NCBI GenBank assembly: GCA_040766525.1 | Contig: JAXGQI010000008.1 | Coordinates: 167 to 64,166 of the forward strand | Reading direction: 5' to 3' | Source of the DNA: Clostridiales bacterium | GTDB taxonomy: Bacteria; Bacillota; Dehalobacteriia; UBA7702 | Length of the DNA stretch: 64,000 nt | In this document: piece after piece, positions 42,000 through 52,520 of the stretch | Numbering within the stretch: position 1 is the first letter of the stretch | How the letters are laid out: every line of letters begins with the position of its first letter | Position numbers and translations under genes: made by a program | Notes under the pieces: generated by a model | Database searches by the model: none | What the model was told of the DNA's origin: nothing | The model's input: the letters and a program-made list of their open reading frames with translations, nothing else

Positions 42000-42888
42000 A
42001 TGAAAGATATTAAGACTTTTTTGCAGGGTGAGGGGCCGATCTTTACCGACGGCGCGATGGGCAGCGAGTTGATGCATCGTGGCGGGATCGTTCCCGGCGG
42101 TATCAGCAATATGGAATGTCCCGAGATCGTCTCTACAATCCATCGTGAATATATTGAAGCGGGAGCAGAGCTCATTTTGACCAATACCTTTAGCATGAAT
42201 CCGATTTATGCTGCGATGCACGCGCCCAACTATGATTTTCGGGAGATCAACCGCGAAGGGGCAAGGATTGCCGGGAAGCGGCGGCAGGGAAAGCCTATGT
42301 TATGGGGAACATCGGTCCTACCGGGGATTGATGGAACCCATGGGGGATCTAACCCCGAAAGCGGCCCGGGCGGCCTTTCGAGAACAAACGGAGATTTTAG
42401 CGGACGCCGGCGTTGATTGTTTTACGGTCCAAAGCTTTTATTCCGTGCCGGAGATCGTTGAAGCGGTAAAGGCGGTTCGGGAAGTGAGCGATCTGCCGGT
42501 TTTGGCGAGCTTGGTTTTGGCCCCTAGCCAACCAAGGGAAAACTTTTATGGGCCATGATATTGAAGAAGCATATGACGCTCTTTATCCTTTGGGCATTGA
42601 TTGCTTTGGCCATAACTGCGGTGAGATCACGCCGGAAGAATTGGCTATTTTAATGGCGCCTTTGGCAAAAGGGCGCAAATTCCGTTGTTTGCGATCCCCA
42701 ATGCCGGTTTACCGCGGTTGAAAAACGGAGTCGCCGTTTATGATATGTCACCGGAAGATTTTGCCAGTGGGATGGAAAAGGTCTATGATGCAGGTATCCA
42801 TATTTTAGGTGGATGCTGCGGGACGACGCCAAAGCATATTGCTTTGATGACACAAAGAATTAAGACAAAAGTTAAAGAAAAAAAGTAA
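42000..42888 (+). CDS. Homocysteine S-methyltransferase domain protein (stand-alone MetH N-domain), frameshifted
   Basis: DGAMGSEL, HREYIEAGA..TNTF, PNAGLP and GGCCGTTP. Confidence 0.88.
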
Positions 42889-43027
42889 ACAAAAACCAGA
42901 AAATAAATGAATAATATTGATATTGACCGATTATTGATTCTTTGTTAAAATGTGGTTGATTGTTCGTGAGGTTTAAATGAAAATTAGAGGTATTTTTTAT
43001 TATTGCGATAAATTGATAAATGAATAT

Positions 43028-43172
43028 TGGGCAGAGTTATGGAATCGGGTGGGAATCCCGAACGGACCGGCCACTGTAATGGCGAGCTGAATTTCTGGCA
43101 GCAATGTCACCCACTGGGATAACTGGGAAGGGGAAAGGAAGCGAAGAACCAAAGTCAGGAAACTTGCTCTGT
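43028..43172 (+). ncRNA. Cobalamin riboswitch
   Basis: GGAA-CGGGTGGGAATCCCG, GCCACTGTAA, CCACTG..CTGGGAAGG and AAGTCAGGAAACTTG; the 5' part looks shortened. Confidence 0.85.
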
Positions 43173-43208
43173 GCTTATCCTCCGGTAATGGGAATCAATA
43201 GTGTTTTG

Positions 43209-43246
43209 AAAATATCCGACAAGACGCATGTTTTGCGGATATTTTT
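43209..43246 (+). terminator. Probable riboswitch expression-platform terminator
   Basis: AAATATCCG...CGGATATTTTT. Confidence 0.6.
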
Positions 43247-43670
43247 GGTTTTCAAAACCTATCCAAAATTGCTTAAAAACAATATATTTCTTGCTTGCTG
43301 CCACAAGTTCGATTTTGGCGTTCTTTTTAGAATGGCTGAATTGTATATTTGTGGCATTTATTGTTTTGGGGGAAATATTGAAGTTTTAGCGATTGATAGG
43401 ATAGGATATTGGATTGGATTTCACTTGCTGCCACAAGTGAGATAATTTTCGTTTCCGGATGATGGGAATGAAGCTATCTCTTTTGTGGCATTTTTATTTT
43501 TTATCATCGAAACAGTTTTGCATGTGCGGCCGGACAAATCATTTTTGATTGGCAGGTCGAAAATGACCCAGCCGCATATGCAAATCAATATGAAAAATAT
43601 AAAAGGGGGGTGTAACCGGATACCTGTTATGAAGTGTAGTGTGACAGATCAATTTGAAAGGACGGAGAAC

Positions 43671-44990
43671 ATGAACAGAGAGAGAATCAATAAAAAAAGT
43701 CCATATGTACTGCTTTTCATTTTTCTTTTGTGTATTGCTATGGCTTACCCGGTTGATTTATCTGCCCATACCGGAACAGCAGAAACGGAAGCAGCGGAGG
43801 AAATCACGGTTACTTTCCGTTTGATCGGCGACACGCTCCATGGCACGGCCGATGCGCATGAAAAATATGTGAACTGGATCAAAACCGCCTCGTATACCTT
43901 CCCGGAAGGTGCAACCGTCTATGATGTTTTTGTGCAGGCGATTGCAGATGCCGGCATGACCCAGTTTGGGGCGAGCAACAATTATGTTTCTGCGATCAAT
44001 GCGCCGGCCATATTTGGTGGGTTCCGTCTCGCCGAATTTTCCAACGGCACAAATTCCGGCTGGATGTATACGGTGAACGGCGAACATCCTCCAGTTGGCT
44101 TGAAAGATTGTGTGGTCAATGACGGCGACGCGATCATTTGGCACTATATTGATGATTATCTCGTAGAGCAAGAATTGGATACTTGGTTAGAAGCGGAAGA
44201 TATCAGCCCGGAAGAAGCCTTGACCGCTGCGAAAACCGGGGCAAAGGATGAATTGAACGCTGCTTTGGCCGACTGTGATGAGGTGGATTATACGGCGGAA
44301 AATTGGACGGCATTAAATCAGGCCAAGTCGCTTGGAGATACCGCCATTGATGCGGCGGTGTCCATGACGGCGGTTTCCGATGCGAAGGACGCAGCGCTGC
44401 AGGCGATGGCGGGTATCGAGCAGATTGAACACGACGATTTTGTCGATGTGGAGGAAGGCGCGTGGTACTACGATGATGTGGAATTCGTAGTGCAACATGG
44501 AATCTTTTTCGGAACTTCCGCCCAAACTTTCAGCCCGCAGGAAAAAGTGACCAGAGCCCAATTTGTGACCATTTTAGGGCGTTATGCCGGAATCGAAGAT
44601 ACGCCTGCGGGAACCACGGTAACGACCAAGTTTAGCGATGTAAACGGCAATGCCTATTATGCTTCCCATGTTGCTTGGGCAGTAGAAAATCATATTGTCA
44701 ATGGTACGAGTGCGGCTACCTTTAGCCCCAATGATCGTATTACCAGGCAGGATATGGCGACGATGATTTATCGTTTTGCCGCAACAAAGGAAATTGATCT
44801 TCCCGATGGGGAAGGAGAAGATTCCTTTAGCGACGACGCCCTTATTGCCGCGTATGCGAAAGATGCTGTGTACAGTATGAAGTCTGCCGGGATCATCAAT
44901 GGGAAAGGGAACAATACCTTTGCCCCGAAAGAGCTTGCTATCCGGGCGGAAGCTGCTGCAATTATGCATCGTTTGGTCGAAATGGCCTGA
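43671..44990 (+). CDS. Surface protein: DUF4430 (transcobalamin-like) domain, helical linker and three SLH domains
   Basis: Signal peptide; YVSAIN..LAEFSNGTNSGWMYTVNG..DGDAIIWHY; SLH motifs TRAQF, ITRQDMA and RAEAA. Confidence 0.85.
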   Translation: MNRERINKKSPYVLLFIFLLCIAMAYPVDLSAHTGTAETEAAEEITVTFRLIGDTLHGTADAHEKYVNWIKTASYTFPEGATVYDVFVQAIADAGMTQFGASNNYVSAINAPAIFGGFRLAEFSNGTNSGWMYTVNGEHPPVGLKDCVVNDGDAIIWHYIDDYLVEQELDTWLEAEDISPEEALTAAKTGAKDELNAALADCDEVDYTAENWTALNQAKSLGDTAIDAAVSMTAVSDAKDAALQAMAGIEQIEHDDFVDVEEGAWYYDDVEFVVQHGIFFGTSAQTFSPQEKVTRAQFVTILGRYAGIEDTPAGTTVTTKFSDVNGNAYYASHVAWAVENHIVNGTSAATFSPNDRITRQDMATMIYRFAATKEIDLPDGEGEDSFSDDALIAAYAKDAVYSMKSAGIINGKGNNTFAPKELAIRAEAAAIMHRLVEMA

Positions 44991-45114
44991 GACTGCAGAC
45001 AAAAGCCGATAGCGTTGTCAAATCAAAGTCCCTGACCGCTTGCGTATGGCCAACTACGCAGTGCGTTCAGGGATTTTGGTTTTTCCGGCTCCGGGCCCTT
45101 TTGTCCCCGGTCTT
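44989..45114. mobile_element. ~125-bp MITE-like element, copy 3 (subfamily A)
   Basis: GAGACTGCAGACAAAAG...CTTTTGTCCCCGGTCTT; homologous to 1232-1354; overlaps the upstream gene's stop codon. Confidence 0.7.
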
Positions 45115-45213
45115 TCATCTTGCCGGGGTCTGAAGCGGCCATATCCGCGGTCTTTTTCATGGTTTGATCGGTAAAAAAATGACATCGCCCAAAGAAATCG
45201 GCGAATGAAGTTC

Positions 45214-45242
45214 TTGACAGCGGCAGATAAAGCCGTTATACT
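45214..45242 (+). promoter_or_regulatory. Sigma-A promoter of the infC operon
   Basis: TTGACA-17 nt-TATACT. Confidence 0.8.
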
Positions 45243-45257
45243 ATTAAAGGAAAAATG

Positions 45258-45352
45258 AAAGCAGGAGCTTCCGCTTCTCACCTTGTCGCAAATGCGCACC
45301 AGGTTAATATTTAGGTAAGGTTTACCTATGTATTTTACGGCGGATGATTTCA
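45258..45352 (+). ncRNA. Ribosomal protein L20 leader
   Basis: AAGCAGGAGCTTCCGCTTCTCACC..GGCGGA upstream of infC-rpmI-rplT. Confidence 0.8.
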
Positions 45353-45394
45353 TTCGTCTTTTATTTTTGCTAATAAATTTTGGAGGTGAATTCC

Positions 45395-45913
45395 ATTTTT
45401 AAAGAATTGCGGATCAATGAACAAATTCGTGTTCCATCTGTGCGGCTGATCGGCGCCGACGGAGAACAGCTTGGCGTTATGACTATTAAGGACGCCCAAG
45501 GGTTGCCCAAGAGAGTGGTTTGGATTTGGTGGAGATCGCACCGCAGGCCAAACCGCCCGCATGTAAAGTCATGGACTACGGTAAGTATCGTTTTGAGCAA
45601 TCCAAGAGAAAGAAGGAGACGAAGAAGAACCAAAAGGTGATTACCTTAAAAGAGTCAAACTTCGCCCCAATATTGAAGCGCACGATTTTGAGACCAAAGC
45701 CAGAAATGGGGAACGGTTTTGAAAGATGGGGATAAAGTTAAGGTTACCATCATGTTCAGAGGCCGGGAAGTGACCCATCCGGATTTGGGCAAAGTCCTTT
45801 GCCAGCGGATGGCGGAACGGCTTGCGGAAGTATCAAACATTGAGAAGCAGCCAAAATTGGAAGGCAAAAATATGACAATGATTTTAGTTCCTAAGATCAG
45901 TCCCGAAAAATGA
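45395..45913 (+). CDS. infC: Translation initiation factor IF-3 (ATT start; frameshifted)
   Basis: GGAGGTG RBS plus ATT; [15 protein letters not shown] and IMFRGRE. Confidence 0.93.
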
Positions 45914-45926
45914 GGAGGATTTTGAA

Positions 45927-46121
45927 ATGCCTAAAATGAAAACCCACCGTGGTTTGGCCAAAAGAACGAAAGTAACCGGCACCGGAAAAGTCAAAAGAGC
46001 GAAAGCCTATAAAAGCCATATTTTAGGAAGAAAACGGCGAAGAGAAAGAAATCTCAGAAAGAGCGGTCTCGTCTCCGATGCGAATATGCGCCAAGTCAAA
46101 AGAATGCTTGGAATAGGTTAA
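45927..46121 (+). CDS. rpmI: 50S ribosomal protein L35
   Basis: [14 protein letters not shown]. Confidence 0.95.
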   Translation: MPKMKTHRGLAKRTKVTGTGKVKRAKAYKSHILGRKRRRERNLRKSGLVSDANMRQVKRMLGIG

Positions 46122-46148
46122 GGAAATCCGAAAGAGAGGAAAAGAAAA

Positions 46149-46511
46149 ATGAGCAGAGTAAAACGGGGTCAAGCGAAGCATGCCCGTCATAAAAGAATAT
46201 TAAAGCTGGCCAAAGGATATCGGGCCTCTTATTCCAAATTGTATCGTGTGGCGAAACAGCAAACCGTACGTTCCCAAGCCTATGCGTTTGCCCATCGCCG
46301 GAAAAAAGAAAGGCGATTTCAGAAAATTGTGGATCACCAGGATCAATGCCGCGGCTCGTATTCACGACATTTCCTACAGCCGCTTCATGAACGGCCTGAA
46401 AAACGCCGGAATCACCGTAAACCGCAAAGTTTTGGCGGAATTGGCGGTCAGCGATCCCCAAGCTTTGGTACTTACGCGGAAATTGCGAAAGCAAACGCAA
46501 ACGCGAAATAA
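46149..46511 (+). CDS. rplT: 50S ribosomal protein L20 (frameshifted)
   Basis: MSRVKRG..LAKGY; [26 protein letters not shown] lies in another frame. Confidence 0.93.
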   Translation: MSRVKRGQAKHARHKRILKLAKGYRASYSKLYRVAKQQTVRSQAYAFAHRRKKERRFQKIVDHQDQCRGSYSRHFLQPLHERPEKRRNHRKPQSFGGIGGQRSPSFGTYAEIAKANANAK

Positions 46512-46591
46512 TCGGTTCTTCAGTGAGCGTATCGCCGCCGAGATCTCCACTTTGTGGATGTTTCGACGGCCTTGCTTTTTAGGGGGAAATC

Positions 46592-47371
46592 ATGATCGTA
46601 AGCAAGGATAATCAGCATTTGAAGCTGATTCGGCAACTGCAAAAAAAGAAGGGGCGGGAAGAGACCGGGCTGTTTATCGCGGAGGGCCGCCGTTTGATCG
46701 GCGATCTGTTAGCGGGAGGGATGTCCCTCAAGCTGCTTCTCTATGCCGATTCTTTTGCCGACGCCGATCTTGCGCCTTGGATCAGCTGGGCCCAAGATGC
46801 TTTTCCTGTGGCCGCTCCGTTGTTGGATAAACTTTCCGAAACGGAACATGGCCAGGGTTTGATCGCCGTTTTTCGGCAGAAATCGTGGCAGCCGGAAGCG
46901 ATCAACGCTTCGTCTTTGCCCTTTGTTTTCATCTTGAGCGGGGTTAAGGACCCCGGTAATCTCGGTACGATGATGCGTAACAGCGCCGCTGCCGGGGCGA
47001 GCGGACTTTTATTGACCGATGATACGGCGGAGCCCTATAATCCGAAGACCGTGCGGAGCTCCATGGGGGCCATCGGCCGTTTGCCCGTTTACGAGGGACA
47101 TTCCCCCAAAGTATATGCGGATTTGAAAGCCCTGGGCTTTCGTTTTTATCTTGCGGATATGGAAGGGACGATTCCCTATTGGCAGTTGCCTTTAGATCAG
47201 CCGGTTGCGGTCATCATGGGCAATGAAGGGACGGGCCCCAGCGATTTTTGGCGACAAAAAGCCGACGCGACGGTCTCGATCCCGCTTTCCAATAGCGTGG
47301 AGTCCTTAAATGTTGCGATGGCACAGGGCATTATTGCTTTTGACCGTAAAAGACGCCAAGGGGAAAAATAA
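46592..47371 (+). CDS. TrmH/SpoU family RNA methyltransferase
   Basis: DPGNLGT, GNEGTG and ESLNVA. Confidence 0.92.
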   Translation: MIVSKDNQHLKLIRQLQKKKGREETGLFIAEGRRLIGDLLAGGMSLKLLLYADSFADADLAPWISWAQDAFPVAAPLLDKLSETEHGQGLIAVFRQKSWQPEAINASSLPFVFILSGVKDPGNLGTMMRNSAAAGASGLLLTDDTAEPYNPKTVRSSMGAIGRLPVYEGHSPKVYADLKALGFRFYLADMEGTIPYWQLPLDQPVAVIMGNEGTGPSDFWRQKADATVSIPLSNSVESLNVAMAQGIIAFDRKRRQGEK

Positions 47372-47397
47372 AATGCAAATCGATCCCCTTTTTCGCC

Positions 47398-47426
47398 TTG
47401 AAATGCGGGAATCCTTTTGTTATAAT
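47398..47426 (+). promoter_or_regulatory. Sigma-A promoter upstream of the yqzL-like ORF, T-box and pheST
   Basis: TTGAAA-17 nt-TATAAT. Confidence 0.7.
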
Positions 47427-47457
47427 AGGGCCATAGCATCTAGAGGAGAGGTTTTAT

Positions 47458-47550
47458 ATGCGCACACCAAAAGATTACTATTGGCGCTTTTTTGAGGAAA
47501 CCGGTTCTTTGATTGCCTACATCTTTTATCGCAAGACACATATACAATAG
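47458..47550 (+). CDS. YqzL-like small protein (30 aa; not in the ORF track)
   Basis: RBS AGGAGAGG; MRTPKDYYWRFFEETGSLIAYIFYRKTHIQ matches the W..F..TG...AY..Y pattern. Confidence 0.7.
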   Translation: MRTPKDYYWRFFEETGSLIAYIFYRKTHIQ

Positions 47551-47551
47551 G

Positions 47552-47790
47552 AAAAAGCTAGGAATGGGATTAGTACCGCCTTTAAGCATTTCCAGGGAGG
47601 TTCGGTCGGCGACTGGAAGCCGGATCAAATGCGAAAGTGAGAATTCACCCATTGGCCGCAGTCTGAAATAGAGTAGGAACTGCCGGCGCCGGCCGTTATC
47701 CGGTGGAAGAGAACCCCGTTATCTGCGGGGTTAATAAGGGTGGTAACGCGGAAGAACCTTCGTCCCTTGCGAAGGTTCTTTTTTATTTTA
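47552..47790 (+). ncRNA. T-box riboswitch (Phe specifier)
   Basis: AGTA and AGGGAG stem-I motifs, specifier GAA-TTC-ACC, T-box AAGGGTGGTAACGCG, and terminator AAGAACCTTCG..CGAAGGTTCTTTTTT. Confidence 0.9.
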
Positions 47791-47804
47791 CGAGGAGGAA
47801 AACG

Positions 47805-48839
47805 ATGCTGGAAAAAATGCTGGAGGATCTGCGGGTCATTGAAGCGGAAGCGAAAAATCGCTTGAGCGCCATCAATAACCCGGAAGAATTGAATGAGATG
47901 CGGATCAAGCTCCTTGGGAAAAAGGGCGAATTGACCGCAATCTTAAAAGGTATGGGAAAATTGGCGGCGGAAGAGCGGCCGAAAGTGGGCCAAGTGGCCA
48001 ATGAAGTCCGGGAGATCATTGAAGCAAAGATCGTTAACCGGGGGAAAGAATTAAAAGAAGTGGTTTTGGCAAAGCAGATCGCCGCGGAGACCTTGGATGT
48101 TACTTTGCCGGGGAAAAAAGTGTTTTCCGGGCACCGCCATCCCTTGACTTTGGTGATCGATGAGATAAAAGAGATCTTCCTCGGGATGGGCTATACCATT
48201 GCCGAAGGGCCGGAGATTGAAAATGACTATAATAATTTTGAGGGTCTGAATATTCCCAAGGATCATCCTGCCCGGGACATGCAGGATTCCTTCTATATCA
48301 GCGATGATGTTCTTTTACGCACCCATACTTCTCCCATGCAGGTGCGGACAATGGCGAAGATGGTTCCCTCCTATCCTGTGAAGATCATTTGCCCCGGGAG
48401 AGTTTTCCGCCGGGATGACGACGCCACCCTTTCCCCTATGTTCCATCAAGTGGAGGGGCTTGTGATCGACGAAGAGATTTCGATGGCGGATTTAAAAGGT
48501 ACGCTGCTCGTCTTTTTGCGGGAACTTTTCGGCCCGGAAAGAGAGATCCGTTTGCGCCCGAGTTATTTCCCCTTTACGGAACCGAGCGCGGAAGTCGATA
48601 TCTCCTGCGGGATTTGCGGCGGTAAGGGCTGCCGTTCCTGTTCCTATACCGGTTGGCTGGAGATCTTGGGTTCCGGCATGGTGCATCCGCGGGTTTTGGA
48701 AATGGCGGGTTATGATAGCAAGAAGCTCCGCGGTTTTGCCTTTGGGATCGGCGTGGAGCGGGTGGCAATGCTGAAATATGGTGTGGACGATCTTCGGGTC
48801 TTCTTCGAGAATGATCAGCGTTTTCTCAATCAATTTTAG
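47805..48839 (+). CDS. pheS: Phenylalanine--tRNA ligase alpha subunit
   Basis: [22 protein letters not shown] and [11 protein letters not shown]. Confidence 0.97.
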   Translation: MLEKMLEDLRVIEAEAKNRLSAINNPEELNEMRIKLLGKKGELTAILKGMGKLAAEERPKVGQVANEVREIIEAKIVNRGKELKEVVLAKQIAAETLDVTLPGKKVFSGHRHPLTLVIDEIKEIFLGMGYTIAEGPEIENDYNNFEGLNIPKDHPARDMQDSFYISDDVLLRTHTSPMQVRTMAKMVPSYPVKIICPGRVFRRDDDATLSPMFHQVEGLVIDEEISMADLKGTLLVFLRELFGPEREIRLRPSYFPFTEPSAEVDISCGICGGKGCRSCSYTGWLEILGSGMVHPRVLEMAGYDSKKLRGFAFGIGVERVAMLKYGVDDLRVFFENDQRFLNQF

Positions 48840-48850
48840 GAGGCGGCCAA

Positions 48851-51262
48851 ATGAATGTATCATATCAATGGTTAAAATCCCTGGTTCCTTTCGATCTGGG
48901 GCCGGAAGAATTGGCAGATAAGCTGACTTTCGCCGGGCTCAGTGTGGAACAGGTTGTATATTTGAATCAAGGCGTTAAGAATGTTGTCGTCGGGAAAGTG
49001 CTCCAAGTGGAAAAGCATCCCGATAAAAAGAAATTATCCATTTGCAAAGTGGACAGCGGCAAGGAAGAATTGACCGTCGTCTGCGGTGCTCCCAATGTGC
49101 GGCCCGGCATCAAGGTTCCTTTGGCTTTGGTCGGTGCGGTGCTCCCCGGCGGAATCGAGATCGGCATTGCCGATAAGGGGGGTATTACTTCTTACGGCAT
49201 GCTCTGTTCGGAAACGGAATTATCTTTGCCTCAGGGGCTGGCTTTAGCGGATTCCGAAGGTGGGATCTTCATCCTGCCGGAAGATTTTACCGTTGGCGAA
49301 GATATCGTTACGGCTTTAAAGCTGGACGATGCTATTTTAGAATTTGAATTGACGCCCAACCGGGCCGACTGCTTATCCGTGGTCAATATCGCCCGTGAGG
49401 TGGCGGCGATCACCGGCGCGCCCTTGACTTTGCCGGAGATCATACTCCCTCCGGCGGTGAAGGATATTCGCTCAATGATGTCTGTCGAAGTAGAGGACGA
49501 TTTCCTCTGCCCCCGTTTCACCGGGAAGATCATCGAAGGCGTGAAGATCGGGCCTTCTCCTTATTGGATGCGGCAGCGTTTGGCATGTGCGGGAATCCGC
49601 TCCATCAATAATGTGGTGGATATTTCCAATTATGTCCTTATGGAAATGAGCCAACCTTCCCATACCTTTGATTATCACCGTTTGGCCGGGCATAAGATCA
49701 TCGTCCGCAGAGCGGAAGAAGGAGAAAAACTCGTTACCCTAGATGAAATCGAGCGGACGCTGAATCATGATATGCTCTTGATCTGTGACGGCGAGCGGGC
49801 GGTTTCCGTTGCCGGGGTCATGGGCGGTATGGATACGGAAATCACCGGAAACCGAAACGATTTTCATTGAATGCGCCTATTTTTATCCCAAGTCGATCCG
49901 GTTGACTTCCCGTGCTTTGGGCCTTTCTTCCGAGTCTTCCGCCCGTTTTGAAAAAGGGATCGATAAAGAAAATGTTGCGCGCTTCGGACCGCATCGCCCA
50001 GTTGATGTGCGATTTGGCCGGAGAGTACTCTGGTTGAAGGGACTTTGGATACCTTCAGCGGCACATTTGAAAAAGGCAAGTGGAAGTTACTTTAGAACGG
50101 ATCAACGGCACCTTAGGCATCGAATTGACCTGGCAAGAGGTGGAGGCCGTCATGTCCGCTCTCGCTTTTGCATATGATAGAGAAGGAGACAAGATCATCA
50201 TTTCCGTGCCCTCTTACCGTCCGGATATCACAAGAGACGTCGATATTATCGAAGAGATCGCAAGGCTCCACGGCTATGATAAGATTCCCGCTACCCTGCC
50301 GAAGGGGAAGGTGACCGAGGGTCGCCGTACCGAAAAACAAAAATCGAGGACAAAATCAAAGAGCGGATGGTTGCTTTGGGATTTTCCGAGATCATTACCT
50401 ATAGTTTTACCAATAAAAAATATTTTGAAGATCTGCTCTTGACCGAAGATGATTTTCGCCGCCGTACGATCCAGGTGAAAAATCCCTTCAGTGATGAGCA
50501 AGGGATCATGCGCACGACTTTATTGCCCAGCTTACTGACGGTGGCGGCCAGAAATATGAACCGCCGCAATCTCGATATGGCCATCTTTGAAATGGCCCAT
50601 GTCTTTTGCCCGGTGAAGAGAAATTGCCTGATGAGGAGCCGCATTTGGCCGCCCTCGTTTCCGGCGCGCATTTAACCGGCTGGAGCAAAGAGAAGGAAGC
50701 CTTCGATTTCTTCTATCTCAAAGGGATTTTAGAGGCGATCTTGGCGCTTTTGCAGATCAAGGATTGGTCTTTATCCAACGAAGATTTGCCGCCTTTCCTT
50801 CATCCCGGAAGGGCTGCAAAGCTCTATATCGGCGGTGAATATCTCGGTTATTTGGGTGAGATCCATCCCACGGTGGCGGAGAATTTCGATCTGCCGGAAA
50901 AAGCCAATGTGATGGAGATCGATTTGAGCGTATTATTGGCTGAAGGGGCAGGACATATCGTTTATCAATCTGTCTCCAAATATCCCGGTGTTGAGATCGA
51001 TTTGGCATTTCTTGCCAATGAGGAAGATCCTGCCGGTGAGATCGCCGCAGCTATCAAGAGAAATGGCGGCGAGATTTTGCAGCAAGTGGAATTGTTCGAT
51101 ATTTACCAAGGGAACCAGATCGAAGCCGGGCAAAAGAGTTTGGCTTATAAACTGAAGTTCCAGGCGCCGGAAAGAACGTTAACCGCCGAAGAGATCAATG
51201 GAAAGGTAGAGATGATCCGTCAGGGTCTAAAAGAGGAATATGGAATCCTTTTGCGTTCATAA
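48851..51262 (+). CDS. pheT: Phenylalanine--tRNA ligase beta subunit (frameshifted)
   Basis: [30 protein letters not shown] and an FDX-ACB C-terminus, across frames. Confidence 0.95.
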
Positions 51263-51272
51263 GGAGGGTAAA

Positions 51273-51527
51273 ATGGCCGATAGAAAAAGTGTTACCGTTG
51301 TCATCGCAGGGCAGGATTATGTTCTCAAGGGAGATAATAGCGGCAATTATCTCATGTCGCTTGCCAATGATATCGATACGCGTATACGGGAGATCAAAAT
51401 CCAGAATCCCAATTATACCTCGAGCAAAGCCGCAACTTTATTGGCCATCCAATTGCAGGATGAAATTAACCATATCCGGGAAGATTATGATAAACTGATT
51501 GGAGAACTAAACCGGTTGCGTCTCTAA
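51273..51527 (+). CDS. zapA: Cell division protein ZapA
   Basis: VTVVIAGQDY..LA..ID.RI; canonical position after pheT. Confidence 0.8.
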   Translation: MADRKSVTVVIAGQDYVLKGDNSGNYLMSLANDIDTRIREIKIQNPNYTSSKAATLLAIQLQDEINHIREDYDKLIGELNRLRL

Positions 51528-51557
51528 ACAGGAAACAAAATGAAGAAGGTGGAATAG

Positions 51558-52508
51558 ATGAAATTAGGCGATATCTATCGGCTGGCGGTTTCTTGCGGCA
51601 TGGAAAAGGATCCCCGGGGTAAAGACGGGGTCGAAAAAGAATTAAAAAAGCAAAAAGATAAATTTGAAGCGCTGTCCGATCGGGAAAAGGAACTTTTTGA
51701 TGAGGAGCTGCTGAAAAACCCCTATGGCGATACCCGACTGCTCTATGGCGATGAAGAAACGGAGATCCATGGGCTGATCGTCGGGGTCGATATGGAGACC
51801 CAGGAATTGCTTTTGGCGGATCGTTTGCGGGAGAAGGGGAAGAAGATCGATATGGTCCTTGCCCATCACCCGGAAGGCGTCGGGATGCCCGGTCTTGGCA
51901 ATATTATGCATATGCAGGCGCAGATTTTTGCGGAAGAAGGGATTCCCATCAATGTGGCGGAAGGCGTAATGGCTCCCCGTGTGGCGGAGGTGCGCCATGG
52001 TTTGATGGCCGGAAATTTCCAGCGGTCCGTTGATGCGGCGCGGCTTTTGGATATCCCCTTTATGTCGGTACATACCCCGGCGGATAATCTCGTACAGGAT
52101 TATGTGGGCCGGTTTTTGGAAGAAAAAGCGCCCCAAACCGTGGGGGACGTCGTTGATGCGCTTTTGGAAATTCCGGAATATAAAGAAGCGGCGAAGAAAA
52201 TGGACCCGCCTACGATTTTGGTCGGGAAAAAGAGCAATTCTTGCGGCCGTATCTTGATCGAGTTCACGGGCGGAACCGGGACGTCGGCAGATATCTATAA
52301 AGAAATGGCTTCCCAGGGCATCGGCACCGTCGTCGGTATGCATATGCGGGAAGCCTGCCGCAAGGAAGCGGAAAAATATCATATCAATGTTGTGATCGCC
52401 GGTCATATGGCCAGCGACAGTATCGGGATCAATCTGTTCTTGGATCAGTTAAAGAAGAACGGGGTGGAGAGTATCGCCGCTTCCGGATTGATTCGGATCG
52501 AGAGATGA
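51558..52508 (+). CDS. NIF3 (NGG1p-interacting factor 3)-like protein
   Basis: VGVDM, AHHPEG, HTPADN and AGHMASD. Confidence 0.82.
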   Translation: MKLGDIYRLAVSCGMEKDPRGKDGVEKELKKQKDKFEALSDREKELFDEELLKNPYGDTRLLYGDEETEIHGLIVGVDMETQELLLADRLREKGKKIDMVLAHHPEGVGMPGLGNIMHMQAQIFAEEGIPINVAEGVMAPRVAEVRHGLMAGNFQRSVDAARLLDIPFMSVHTPADNLVQDYVGRFLEEKAPQTVGDVVDALLEIPEYKEAAKKMDPPTILVGKKSNSCGRILIEFTGGTGTSADIYKEMASQGIGTVVGMHMREACRKEAEKYHINVVIAGHMASDSIGINLFLDQLKKNGVESIAASGLIRIER

Positions 52509-52520
52509 AAGGAATGAACT

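Noticed and set aside
43028-43045. Truncated 5' part of the cobalamin riboswitch as a new variant
   Set aside because: It cannot be distinguished from an assembly deletion in this error-rich sequence.
43294-43490. Mini CRISPR array
   Set aside because: There are only two 15-bp repeats 130 nt apart, which is the wrong geometry, and no cas genes in the window.
45395-45397. Non-canonical ATT start codon
   Set aside because: This is a well-known autoregulatory feature of infC.
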